Assembly (NCBI GenBank): GCA_963675915.1
Contig: OY780959.1
Location: forward strand, 1,470,001-1,502,000
From: Coprobacillaceae bacterium
Lineage (GTDB): Bacteria; Bacillota_I; Bacilli_A; Erysipelotrichales; Coprobacillaceae
Reading direction: 5' to 3'
Length of the DNA stretch: 32,000 bases
Shown here: positions 10,653 through 17,249 of the stretch, piece after piece
Layout of the letters: each line of letters starts with the position of its first letter
How positions within the stretch are numbered: position 1 is the first letter of the stretch
Translations under genes and position numbers: made by a program
The notes under the pieces: generated by a model
Databases searched by the model: none
What the model was told of the DNA's origin: nothing
Seen by the model: the letters and a program-made list of their open reading frames with translations, nothing else

Positions 10653-11613
10653 TGTTTTCCTCCACTGCAACTGCCTCAAGGATATAATTCATATGACAGC
10701 AGAATCCCACAGCACTGGCATCCGCATCAAATTTCGGCAGCAGCTTGTCATAACGCCCACCGGTGATAATCGGTTTGGCCGCATTTTTAGAATAGCCTTT
10801 GATCATCAATCCGGTATAATAATCAATTTCCGGTACCATTCCCAAATCCAGCTGATAATCATATGAATTGTCGAGATTGATTGTCAAAGTTTTCAAATCA
10901 ATCAGGGTATCCAAAAGTTCTTTGTCATCCACCAAAGTGCAGATTTCATCTAGCATTTCCACATCACCGATCGCACCAGGAAGTTTGAGCAGCAATTTAG
11001 AGAACTTGGCATCAAAACTATGCGATTTGATGAATTTTTTCAATTCCGAAATATTTCGGTATTTCAGGATTTCTCTTAGATGATCATCATCATCGGTGAT
11101 CTCGAACAGCCGGTCAAGGAAGGCCGCTGATCCAAACTCGATTCTAACATCGCTAAGCGGGATGTTTTCAACTGTTTCCGCAAGCATTTCCAAAATCTCC
11201 AGTTCGCCTTTGCTGCCAGGTTCGTTGATCAGCTCAACTCCTGCCTGGTAGAATTCCGAAGATCTTCCTTTATGCATTTTTTCCTTGCGGTATACTTTGC
11301 CAAAATAACAAAAACGCGCCACCGTATTTTGATATTTGGTTGTGTAAAGTCGAGCCAATGGGACAGTAAAATCATAGCGTAAAGCCACGTTTTTGCCCTT
11401 TGAATCAACAAATCTGAACATGTTTGCCGTTGGAATATCGCACCCGATTTCCGTATAAAGTTCCACATAATCGAAACTTGGCATCAGCACTTCCTTATAA
11501 TTGTTTTTAGTGAATATATTTCTCAGATTTCCTTCGATTTCTCTAAATGTCGCCACATTATCAATGCGGACATCGATGCTTTCCTCAGGAATTAAATATT
11601 TATAAAATTCCAT
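10645..11613 (-). CDS. hisZ: ATP phosphoribosyltransferase regulatory subunit (HisRS paralogue)
   Basis: ORF-track 322 aa with a class-II aaRS-like core and no anticodon-binding domain. It is the first gene of the his operon, with an AGGAGG SD at 11618-11623. Confidence 0.9.
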   Translation of the reverse strand: MEFYKYLIPEESIDVRIDNVATFREIEGNLRNIFTKNNYKEVLMPSFDYVELYTEIGCDIPTANMFRFVDSKGKNVALRYDFTVPLARLYTTKYQNTVARFCYFGKVYRKEKMHKGRSSEFYQAGVELINEPGSKGELEILEMLAETVENIPLSDVRIEFGSAAFLDRLFEITDDDDHLREILKYRNISELKKFIKSHSFDAKFSKLLLKLPGAIGDVEMLDEICTLVDDKELLDTLIDLKTLTINLDNSYDYQLDLGMVPEIDYYTGLMIKGYSKNAAKPIITGGRYDKLLPKFDADASAVGFCCHMNYILEAVAVEENND

Positions 11614-11629
11614 ACTTCCTCCTTATATT

Positions 11630-11659
11630 AAAAAACGAGCCATTATCTCTAATGACCCG
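11630..11659 (-). terminator. his attenuator terminator (segments 3:4)
   Basis: On the minus strand: CGGGUCAUUA-GAGA-UAAUGGCUCG (10 bp) followed by UUUUUU. The U-tract ends 6 nt before the hisZ SD. Confidence 0.8.
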
Positions 11660-11720
11660 TGGGTAAACGCCATTAGATACAACCAATAAAAGGGCTGTAT
11701 CATCAAAGATAATAGCCCTG

Positions 11721-11771
11721 TTAAATCCAATGGTGGTGGTGATGTAATTGTAAGTTTGTATAGTTTTTCAT
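11721..11771 (-). CDS. hisL: his operon leader peptide MKNYTNLQLHHHHHWI (16 aa, five consecutive His codons)
   Basis: On the minus strand, a GAGGTG SD lies 7 nt upstream of ATG AAA AAC TAT ACA AAC TTA CAA TTA CAT CAC CAC CAC CAT TGG ATT TAA. It sits between the promoter and the terminator hairpins upstream of hisZ. It is too short for the ORF track. Confidence 0.8.
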   Translation of the reverse strand: MKNYTNLQLHHHHHWI

Positions 11772-11807
11772 AGCAAATCACCTCGTTTTACATAGTTTAA
11801 CACAACT

Positions 11808-11836
11808 ATTATCCAAAGAAAAGAATTATTTGTAAA
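11808..11836 (-). promoter_or_regulatory. candidate sigma-A promoter of the his operon
   Basis: On the minus strand: TTTACA, 17 nt spacer, GATAAT, about 35 nt upstream of the leader-peptide ATG. Confidence 0.5.
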
Positions 11837-11880
11837 AAATGAAATAATGCCGATAAATTTAGGATTTTAAAAAATTCCGG

Positions 11881-12267
11881 CTACTTGTTTTGATTGGCGA
11901 AACTCTGCATTTTCAGTTTTAGTTCTTCACCAAAAGCAACGGCATTGACCACATGAACTGTGCTTAGACGACCGTGGTCGATTACCAGCTTGTGTTTCCC
12001 GGCCACTTTGACTTCCTTGATATCTTCAAAGTCCAAAAGCACCGGCAAGATCCCGATTCCCTTGAATTCATAGATCATCACCGAGTCATTGAAGATGGTC
12101 ATTTTATATCTGGTCAACAACAGCAGCAACGATGAAAAAGACAAAAGCAGCCCCAATGCCACTTGAAGCGTATTGCGGTTTGCCAAAGCGACAACAACCA
12201 CTACGTTAACAGCGATGAATATTATTGCGGTCAGTGCCAGCATTCTGATTTCACGATATTTAAACAT
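11881..12267 (-). CDS. hypothetical membrane protein (2 TM plus a small soluble, possibly PH-like, domain)
   Basis: ORF-track 128 aa with an AGGAGGAAG SD. The N-terminal half is hydrophobic. I do not recognise a family. Confidence 0.5.
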   Translation of the reverse strand: MFKYREIRMLALTAIIFIAVNVVVVVALANRNTLQVALGLLLSFSSLLLLLTRYKMTIFNDSVMIYEFKGIGILPVLLDFEDIKEVKVAGKHKLVIDHGRLSTVHVVNAVAFGEELKLKMQSFANQNK

Positions 12268-12319
12268 ACTTCCTCCTATCAGTCACTAACTATGTTACAG
12301 GATTTGGAAAAAATTGCAA

Positions 12320-12342
12320 TAAAAAAAACGTGTTCCCACGTT
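12320..12342 (-). terminator. terminator at the end of the tRNA array
   Basis: On the minus strand: ACGUG-GGAA-CACGU followed by U8, 12 nt after the last tRNA-Phe. Confidence 0.65.
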
Positions 12343-12353
12343 ATTTGTTTAAA

Positions 12354-12429
12354 TGGTGGTTCCAGCCGGAATCGAACCAGCGACACAAGGATTTTCAATC
12401 CTTTGCTCTACCGACTGAGCTATGGAACC
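12354..12429 (-). tRNA. tRNA-Phe(GAA), copy 1
   Basis: Cloverleaf GGTTCCA...TGGAACC-A-CCA, anticodon loop TT-GAA-AA, CCA encoded. Confidence 0.93.
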
Positions 12430-12433
12430 AATA

Positions 12434-12510
12434 TGGCGGTCTGGACGGGACTCGAACCCGCGACCTCCGCCGTGACAGGGCGGCATTCTAACCAACTGAA
12501 CTACCAGACC
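12434..12510 (-). tRNA. tRNA-Asp(GTC), copy 1
   Basis: Acceptor GGTCTGG/CCAGACC, anticodon loop CT-GTC-AC, CCA encoded. Confidence 0.93.
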
Positions 12511-12515
12511 ATATT

Positions 12516-12592
<77 letters not shown>

Positions 12593-12623
12593 ATGTTAAA
12601 ACTGCTGAAGTTTTTTTAAAAAA

Positions 12624-12716
12624 TGGCGGAGGTTGAGGGATTCGAACCCCCGCGCGGGTTTCCCCGCCTGTCGGTTTTCAAGACCGATCCCTTCAGCCGG
12701 ACTTGGGTAAACCTCC
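12624..12716 (-). tRNA. tRNA-Ser(TGA), copy 1
   Basis: Acceptor GGAGGTT/AACCTCC, loop CT-TGA-AA, long variable arm, CCA encoded. Confidence 0.9.
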
Positions 12717-12737
12717 GCTTTATTCAAATGATACTAA

Positions 12738-12814
12738 TGGTGGACCCTGTTGGACTCGAACCAACGACCGATCGGTTATGAGCCGATAGCTCTAACCAAC
12801 TGAGCTAAGGGTCC
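12738..12814 (-). tRNA. CAT-anticodon tRNA, probably tRNA-Ile2 (lysidine-modified)
   Basis: GGACCCTTAGCTCAGTTGGTTAGAGC...CT-CAT-AA... closely resembles the Bacillus tRNA-Ile2 sequence as I remember it. It differs from both the initiator and the elongator Met genes in this array. Confidence 0.7.
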
Positions 12815-12823
12815 AAGATCTTT

Positions 12824-12900
12824 TGGTAGCGGGGAAGGGATTCGAACCCCCGACCCACCGGGTATGAACCGATTGCTCTAGCCAACTGAGCTACCCCGCC
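12824..12900 (-). tRNA. elongator tRNA-Met(CAT), copy 1
   Basis: GGCGGGGTAGCTCAGTTGGCTAGAGC..., loop TT-CAT-AC, CCA encoded. Confidence 0.85.
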
Positions 12901-12929
12901 ATCTATAGGATCATTCTCAAAAAAATAAT

Positions 12930-13005
12930 TGGTGGAGCCTAGCGGGATCGAACCGCTGACCCCCTGCGTGCAAGGCAAGTGCTCTCCCAGCTGAGCTAAG
13001 GCCCC
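12930..13005 (-). tRNA. tRNA-Ala(TGC), copy 1
   Basis: GGGGCCT acceptor with G3:U70, loop CT-TGC-AC, CCA encoded. Confidence 0.93.
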
Positions 13006-13031
13006 AATTAATAAGATAAGTAAAATTTACA

Positions 13032-13108
13032 TGGTCGGGAAGACAGGATTTGAACCTGCGACCCCCTGGTCCCAAACCAGGTGCACTACCAAGCTGTGCT
13101 ACTTCCCG
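13032..13108 (-). tRNA. tRNA-Pro(TGG), copy 1
   Basis: CGGGAAG acceptor, loop TT-TGG-GA, CCA encoded. Confidence 0.92.
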
Positions 13109-13115
13109 GAAAAAA

Positions 13116-13192
13116 TGGCGCGCTAGACAGGAATCGAACCCATAACCTCTTGGTCCGTAGCCAAGCACTCTATCCAGTTGAGCTACTAGCGC
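13116..13192 (-). tRNA. tRNA-Arg(ACG), copy 1
   Basis: GCGCTAG acceptor, loop CT-ACG-GA, CCA encoded. Confidence 0.92.
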
Positions 13193-13208
13193 ATTATAAA
13201 TTTTAAGA

Positions 13209-13284
13209 TGGTGGTTCCAGCCGGAATCGAACCAGCGACACAAGGATTTTCAATCCTTTGCTCTACCGACTGAGCTATGGAACC
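13209..13284 (-). tRNA. tRNA-Phe(GAA), copy 2
   Basis: Identical to 12354-12429. Confidence 0.93.
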
Positions 13285-13288
13285 AATA

Positions 13289-13365
13289 TGGCGGTCTGGA
13301 CGGGACTCGAACCCGCGACCTCCGCCGTGACAGGGCGGCATTCTAACCAACTGAACTACCAGACC
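13289..13365 (-). tRNA. tRNA-Asp(GTC), copy 2
   Basis: Identical to 12434-12510. Confidence 0.93.
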
Positions 13366-13370
13366 ATATT

Positions 13371-13447
<77 letters not shown>

Positions 13448-13478
13448 ATGTTAAAACTGCTGAAGTTTTTTTAAAAAA

Positions 13479-13571
13479 TGGCGGAGGTTGAGGGATTCGA
13501 ACCCCCGCGCGGGTTTCCCCGCCTGTCGGTTTTCAAGACCGATCCCTTCAGCCGGACTTGGGTAAACCTCC
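13479..13571 (-). tRNA. tRNA-Ser(TGA), copy 2
   Basis: Identical to 12624-12716. Confidence 0.9.
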
Positions 13572-13602
13572 GCTTTATAAAGTTATAGCATTTAAGCTTA
13601 AT

Positions 13603-13679
13603 TGGTAGCGGGGAAGGGATTCGAACCCCCGACCCACCGGGTATGAACCGATTGCTCTAGCCAACTGAGCTACCCCGCC
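13603..13679 (-). tRNA. elongator tRNA-Met(CAT), copy 2
   Basis: Identical to 12824-12900. Confidence 0.85.
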
Positions 13680-13698
13680 ATAGGGTTAAAAAATAATT

Positions 13699-13774
13699 TG
13701 GTGGAGCCTAGCGGGATCGAACCGCTGACCCCCTGCGTGCAAGGCAAGTGCTCTCCCAGCTGAGCTAAGGCCCC
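13699..13774 (-). tRNA. tRNA-Ala(TGC), copy 2
   Basis: Identical to 12930-13005. Confidence 0.93.
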
Positions 13775-13800
13775 AAATTAGTAAATCAATTAAAATATAA

Positions 13801-13877
13801 TGGTCGGGAAGACAGGATTTGAACCTGCGACCCCCTGGTCCCAAACCAGGTGCACTACCAAGCTGTGCTACTTCCCG
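13801..13877 (-). tRNA. tRNA-Pro(TGG), copy 2
   Basis: Identical to 13032-13108. Confidence 0.92.
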
Positions 13878-13885
13878 TAATTCAA

Positions 13886-13962
13886 TGGCGCGCTAGACAG
13901 GAATCGAACCCATAACCTCTTGGTCCGTAGCCAAGCACTCTATCCAGTTGAGCTACTAGCGC
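13886..13962 (-). tRNA. tRNA-Arg(ACG), copy 2
   Basis: Identical to 13116-13192. Confidence 0.92.
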
Positions 13963-13979
13963 TTTTAACACGCTCAAGT

Positions 13980-14008
13980 ATATTAACATAAGCGCAATAT
14001 ATTGTCAA
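13980..14008 (-). promoter_or_regulatory. internal sigma-A promoter inside the tRNA array (between tRNA-Leu(TAA) and tRNA-Arg copy 2)
   Basis: On the minus strand: TTGACA, 17 nt spacer, TAATAT. The -10 ends 17 nt before the tRNA-Arg 5' end. Confidence 0.6.
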
Positions 14009-14023
14009 CACCATTTTTTGAGA

Positions 14024-14112
14024 TGGTGCCCAGGGACGGAGTCGAACCGTCACGGATTTTAAGGTCCGCAGGATTTTAAGTCCTGTGCGTCTACCAATTT
14101 CGCCACCTGGGC
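14024..14112 (-). tRNA. tRNA-Leu(TAA)
   Basis: GCCCAGG acceptor, loop CT-TAA-AA, long variable arm, CCA encoded. Confidence 0.9.
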
Positions 14113-14114
14113 AA

Positions 14115-14189
14115 TGGAGGTTCCAGCCGGACTTGAACCGACGATCGCAGAGTTGCAGTCTGCTGCCTTACCAACTTGGCCATGGAACC
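14115..14189 (-). tRNA. tRNA-Cys(GCA)
   Basis: GGTTCCA acceptor with discriminator T, loop CT-GCA-AC, CCA encoded. Confidence 0.9.
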
Positions 14190-14209
14190 ATATCAAATGC
14201 CGCCTTATT

Positions 14210-14238
14210 ATTATAAACTAGAGAACCCTCAAATGCAA
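14210..14238 (-). promoter_or_regulatory. strong sigma-A promoter of the tRNA array
   Basis: On the minus strand: TTGCAT, 17 nt spacer, TATAAT, with an A-rich UP-like tract (AAAAAAACTTAAAAACTT) upstream. The -10 lies 20 nt before tRNA-Cys. Confidence 0.75.
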
Positions 14239-14239
14239 G

Positions 14240-14822
14240 AAGTTTTTAAGTTTTTTTCAGGAAGTATTCCGCAATTTCCAGAGCGGTTTTTGTGCTTCCA
14301 TTCCTAACAGGCACGTATAACTATACATGATTGATTACCCTTTTGCAAGCCTATTTTGAACATTTTTTTAACAAGAAAATTTTTAGACGATTCCATCGAT
14401 TTATTTGCAATAATTTGTCATTGAATTCGATGTTTCCAACCACTAAATCGTGGCTAAATTGCACACTGAACCTCACTCTTTCTTCTCGATTGCAATCATT
14501 AATTATCAATATCTTCCCCCATTACCCGCCACTGTTCTCCTTTTGGCGCCGGCCTTTCGCTGTGATTTGAATCTAAATCAAGGAAAAAAAGTGTTCTTTG
14601 CCTTATTTGATATATCTGGTTCCCCAGTGCCCACACAGCGGCAGGTCTCTTTCTATATATAATATATACCCAAACCAGAAACAAGGCCACTTTTGGCTAT
14701 CGAGCCGTTACTATCCCACTCGTTATTTGAAACATCTTCCTATTTCGCTATCCGCGCCACTTTCTTAAATGATATTATCTTTCTACCGGGAATTTGACTG
14801 CAATCGACTCACATCAAAATAA
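14240..14822 (-). ncRNA. candidate large structured non-coding RNA next to the tRNA array (family not recognised; the strand is an inference)
   Basis: There is no credible ORF. GC-rich islands sit in an AT-rich background. Nested long-range helices are 14795-14807/14486-14498 (13 bp) and 14635-14645/14525-14535 (11 bp), and their three imperfect positions are G-U only on the minus strand. A GNRA hairpin CUGG-GGAA-CCAG lies at 14616-14627. A possible promoter lies at 14825-14853. Confidence 0.3.
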
Positions 14823-14824
14823 TG

Positions 14825-14853
14825 ATTATGATGATTTTTGCAAGATAATTCAA
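14825..14853 (-). promoter_or_regulatory. possible promoter for the candidate ncRNA
   Basis: On the minus strand: TTGAAT, 17 nt spacer, CATAAT. The predicted start is about 10-15 nt before the 5' arm of the outer helix. Confidence 0.3.
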
Positions 14854-14904
14854 TCCTGGATATTTTGAGGCTTCGAGATATCGAAATCAGAGGTGATTTT
14901 TTTC

Positions 14905-14933
14905 TTCACAAAATTAAATTATTATGTTATTAT
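14905..14933 (+). promoter_or_regulatory. candidate promoter of tRNA-Leu(GAG)
   Basis: TTCACA, 17 nt spacer, TATTAT. The -10 ends 8 nt before the tRNA 5' end. Confidence 0.5.
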
Positions 14934-14941
14934 TATCTCAC

Positions 14942-15028
14942 GCGGCAGTGGTGAAATTGGTATACACGTAAGTTTGAGGGACTTATGGAAGGAATTCCGT
15001 GTCGGTTCAAGTCCGGTCTGCCGCACCA
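14942..15028 (+). tRNA. tRNA-Leu(GAG)
   Basis: GCGGCAG/CTGCCGC acceptor, loop TT-GAG-GG, variable arm GGAA-GGAA-TTCC, CCA encoded. Confidence 0.88.
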
Positions 15029-15040
15029 TTTAATAAATTC

Positions 15041-15068
15041 ACACCCCATTTGAATGGGGTGTTTTTTT
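15041..15068 (+). terminator. Rho-independent terminator of tRNA-Leu(GAG)
   Basis: ACACCCCAT-TTGA-ATGGGGTGT followed by T7. Confidence 0.85.
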
Positions 15069-15191
15069 ACGCCCTGATAACCAGCCTGCCGGTTTCGACT
15101 AGCCAACCAGATCATACGATTCATATACCTCTATCCATGCTAGAACTTTTGCCAGGTATTTTTTGGCATCAACCAGAATTTGATAATCAGC

Positions 15192-15228
15192 CCAAAGAGC
15201 CTCGCTTTAATCCAGCGAGGCTCTTTGG
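15192..15228. terminator. perfect 15-bp hairpin without a U-tract, 57 nt downstream of the alkaline phosphatase stop (possible terminator or RNA-stabilising stem)
   Basis: CCAAAGAGCCTCGCT-ttaatcc-AGCGAGGCTCTTTGG. There is no T-run on either strand. Confidence 0.4.
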
Positions 15229-15285
15229 CTATGGTGGTATTATGCAATTTTAAAATTCACCCACATGGAGTCAGTTAATTGAATA

Positions 15286-16641
15286 TTAGTCAATCAAAAC
15301 ATTGATTGCCTTGAAGATTTCAGTATTATCGAGATATTTTCCTCGGACCGGATCAACCTGGTCTGCCAGTTTTTTGAATATTTCAGCACCGGCCCCTTTG
15401 GCAAAAAACGGGATAAGCTGGTTGGTATGACTGCCGCTGTTCCATGACATAGTCGGCATGATACCTGCGCCGTTATTGCCGACTTCATCATACACTCCGG
15501 CAGTTCCTGTCAAATATCCTGTTTCATGATCCCCAGTGACAACAAGCATTGTTTCTGACCAGCTACTGTTTTGTTTCACCCAGTCGCATACTGCTTCAAC
15601 CGCTGTATTGAAGTCTTCTTGTTCTTCAATCAGACGGCCGCTTTGATTTCCATGACCGGCCCAATCAACCGCTCCACCTTCAATCATCAAGAAGAAACCA
15701 TCTTCGTTGTTGTCAAGAACATTAAGCGCCACTTTTGACATTGTTGCCAGATCAGGCAAGTTATCATTTAAAGCCACCTCATAAGCCGCGGCTTTACTAT
15801 CACCACTGCGTGATTGCTGCAAAGTTTGATAAACTTCTGGGATTCCAATAAGACGGTCGGGAGTTGCTCCGGTAGTCAATGATTCAAACTCCAATTTAGA
15901 TTGGATGACTTTCCACTCATCAGCGCTGCCATCACCGTTGGCATCGTTACCGATTACCATTCCGTCACTTAGATCCGCCCATGTGGCATCACCACCAACG
16001 TATTTGGTGCTCTTGTTTGATTCATTACCATCATTGTCATAATCAGGATTACCACAGCCAATAATGACATCGGCACTGCTTTGATAAATCATATCATTGG
16101 CAATTGCCGCATAGTTATTGCGGCTTGAGTCATGGGCAATAAAACTTGCCGGTGTTGCATGACTGAATTCCACGGTGGATACCACTCCAGTAGAGCGTCC
16201 CAAACTTTCAAATTTTTCAGAAATATGGGTCATATCCTGTTCCCCAAGATCAACTCCGATTGCCGAATCATAGGTTTTTTCCCCGGTCGACATCGCAGTC
16301 CCCGCCGCTGCCGAGTCCGTAGGGTCAATTTTCAAGTTATTGAAGTCATTCCAAATAGTCGCTGGATCATAACTTCCTTGTGAGAATGTACTCATCGAAA
16401 CCTGAGTCGGAAAGTTTTCGTAAACTTGAGTGTTGGCTTGGCCATCAGTAAAATAGTCAGTTGCCAGGATTTGGTTGTACCCCCAACCATCTGAAATCAT
16501 GACAATCACATTTTTGACCCCCTTACCATTACCAGTTAGTTTCCCGGAATTGTTCATAGCCGATGCCGGAACTGTGTTCCCAAGTGCAATCACACCTGCT
16601 AGAAGTGCTGACGTTGTTACTTTAAATGTTTTGAATTTCAT
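15286..16641 (-). CDS. phoA: secreted alkaline phosphatase (PhoA family)
   Basis: ORF-track 451 aa. The signal peptide is MKFKTFKVTTSALLAGVIALGNTVPASA. It has VMISDGWG, the active-site TDSAAAGTAMSTG and the metal-ligand GDHETG/SHT motifs. An AGGAGGAGAA SD is present. Confidence 0.9.
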   Translation of the reverse strand: MKFKTFKVTTSALLAGVIALGNTVPASAMNNSGKLTGNGKGVKNVIVMISDGWGYNQILATDYFTDGQANTQVYENFPTQVSMSTFSQGSYDPATIWNDFNNLKIDPTDSAAAGTAMSTGEKTYDSAIGVDLGEQDMTHISEKFESLGRSTGVVSTVEFSHATPASFIAHDSSRNNYAAIANDMIYQSSADVIIGCGNPDYDNDGNESNKSTKYVGGDATWADLSDGMVIGNDANGDGSADEWKVIQSKLEFESLTTGATPDRLIGIPEVYQTLQQSRSGDSKAAAYEVALNDNLPDLATMSKVALNVLDNNEDGFFLMIEGGAVDWAGHGNQSGRLIEEQEDFNTAVEAVCDWVKQNSSWSETMLVVTGDHETGYLTGTAGVYDEVGNNGAGIMPTMSWNSGSHTNQLIPFFAKGAGAEIFKKLADQVDPVRGKYLDNTEIFKAINVLID

Positions 16642-17249
16642 ATTCTCCTCCTAAATTTAAAATATCAGTCTAGTCAATTTGAATTTTCCACATTTTCAAT
16701 GTTTCATTTCACCACTTATTATAATTATTAACCTGTTTTGATAAATCAATCCGCGGTAAATATTTCTGAAGTTATCGCAAATCTCAAAGAGACAAAATTA
16801 ACATACCCGCCCCAATGATAAGTTTTGATAAAGATACCACCGCCGGAGGTTAATATTTTGGATAATTACAGTAATATCCGGAGGGAATCTTGTAATTAAT
16901 GTACAAACAACGAAGCAATAGGAGCGACCCCAATTATCAGACAAAACACCGCATACCTTCAGGTTGCCCCGACAAAGCAGTCCGACTCAATTAAATGCCC
17001 CGATAACTTCAAGAAGATTGAGTTATATCCTAAACCATGCTAAACTTATTGAGAATTCAATGAAAATCAATATTGTTTAGCTGCTATGATAATTTGACAT
17101 GATCCAATCATAACCGTAAAAAAGGGCTACGGGATTGGATTAAACTACTCAAGGACACATAATTATCAAGCAGCAAAAAACTTCAGCTATATTCCAAAGT
17201 ATAGTGCATTTCAATATCTGAAACACCATTGAAAGAGAGGGGAATTTTT

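Noticed and set aside
11614-11880. Expectation of a His T-box leader upstream of hisZ
   Set aside because: I could not find a T-box sequence (AAnnnGGGTGGTACCGCG-like), an AG bulge/GNUGNGA-type stem I element or a specifier loop with a CAC/CAU codon. The leader-peptide attenuator explains the region better.
14525-14645. Cobalamin-riboswitch-like words: CCCGCCACTGT on the plus strand and AGAGACCTGCCG (B12-box-like) on the minus strand
   Set aside because: The two motifs are on opposite strands and are actually complementary to each other. They form the 11-bp helix described in the findings. No gene lies downstream in either orientation. This arrangement is not that of an AdoCbl riboswitch.
14739-14760. 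Minus-strand GTGGCGCGGATAGCGAAATAGG resembles the 5' end of Firmicute 5S rRNA (GGTGGCGATAGCGAAGAGG)
   Set aside because: The similarity stops after about 20 nt. There is no loop C/helix III sequence (CCGAACACGGAAG) and no complementary 3' strand to close helix I. It is most likely coincidence, or at best a tiny relic.
14933-15253. ORFs 14933..15124 (-) and 14999..15253 (+) around the tRNA-Leu(GAG)
   Set aside because: They overlap the tRNA gene and its terminator, and they have no SD. They are artefacts of stop-free structured sequence.
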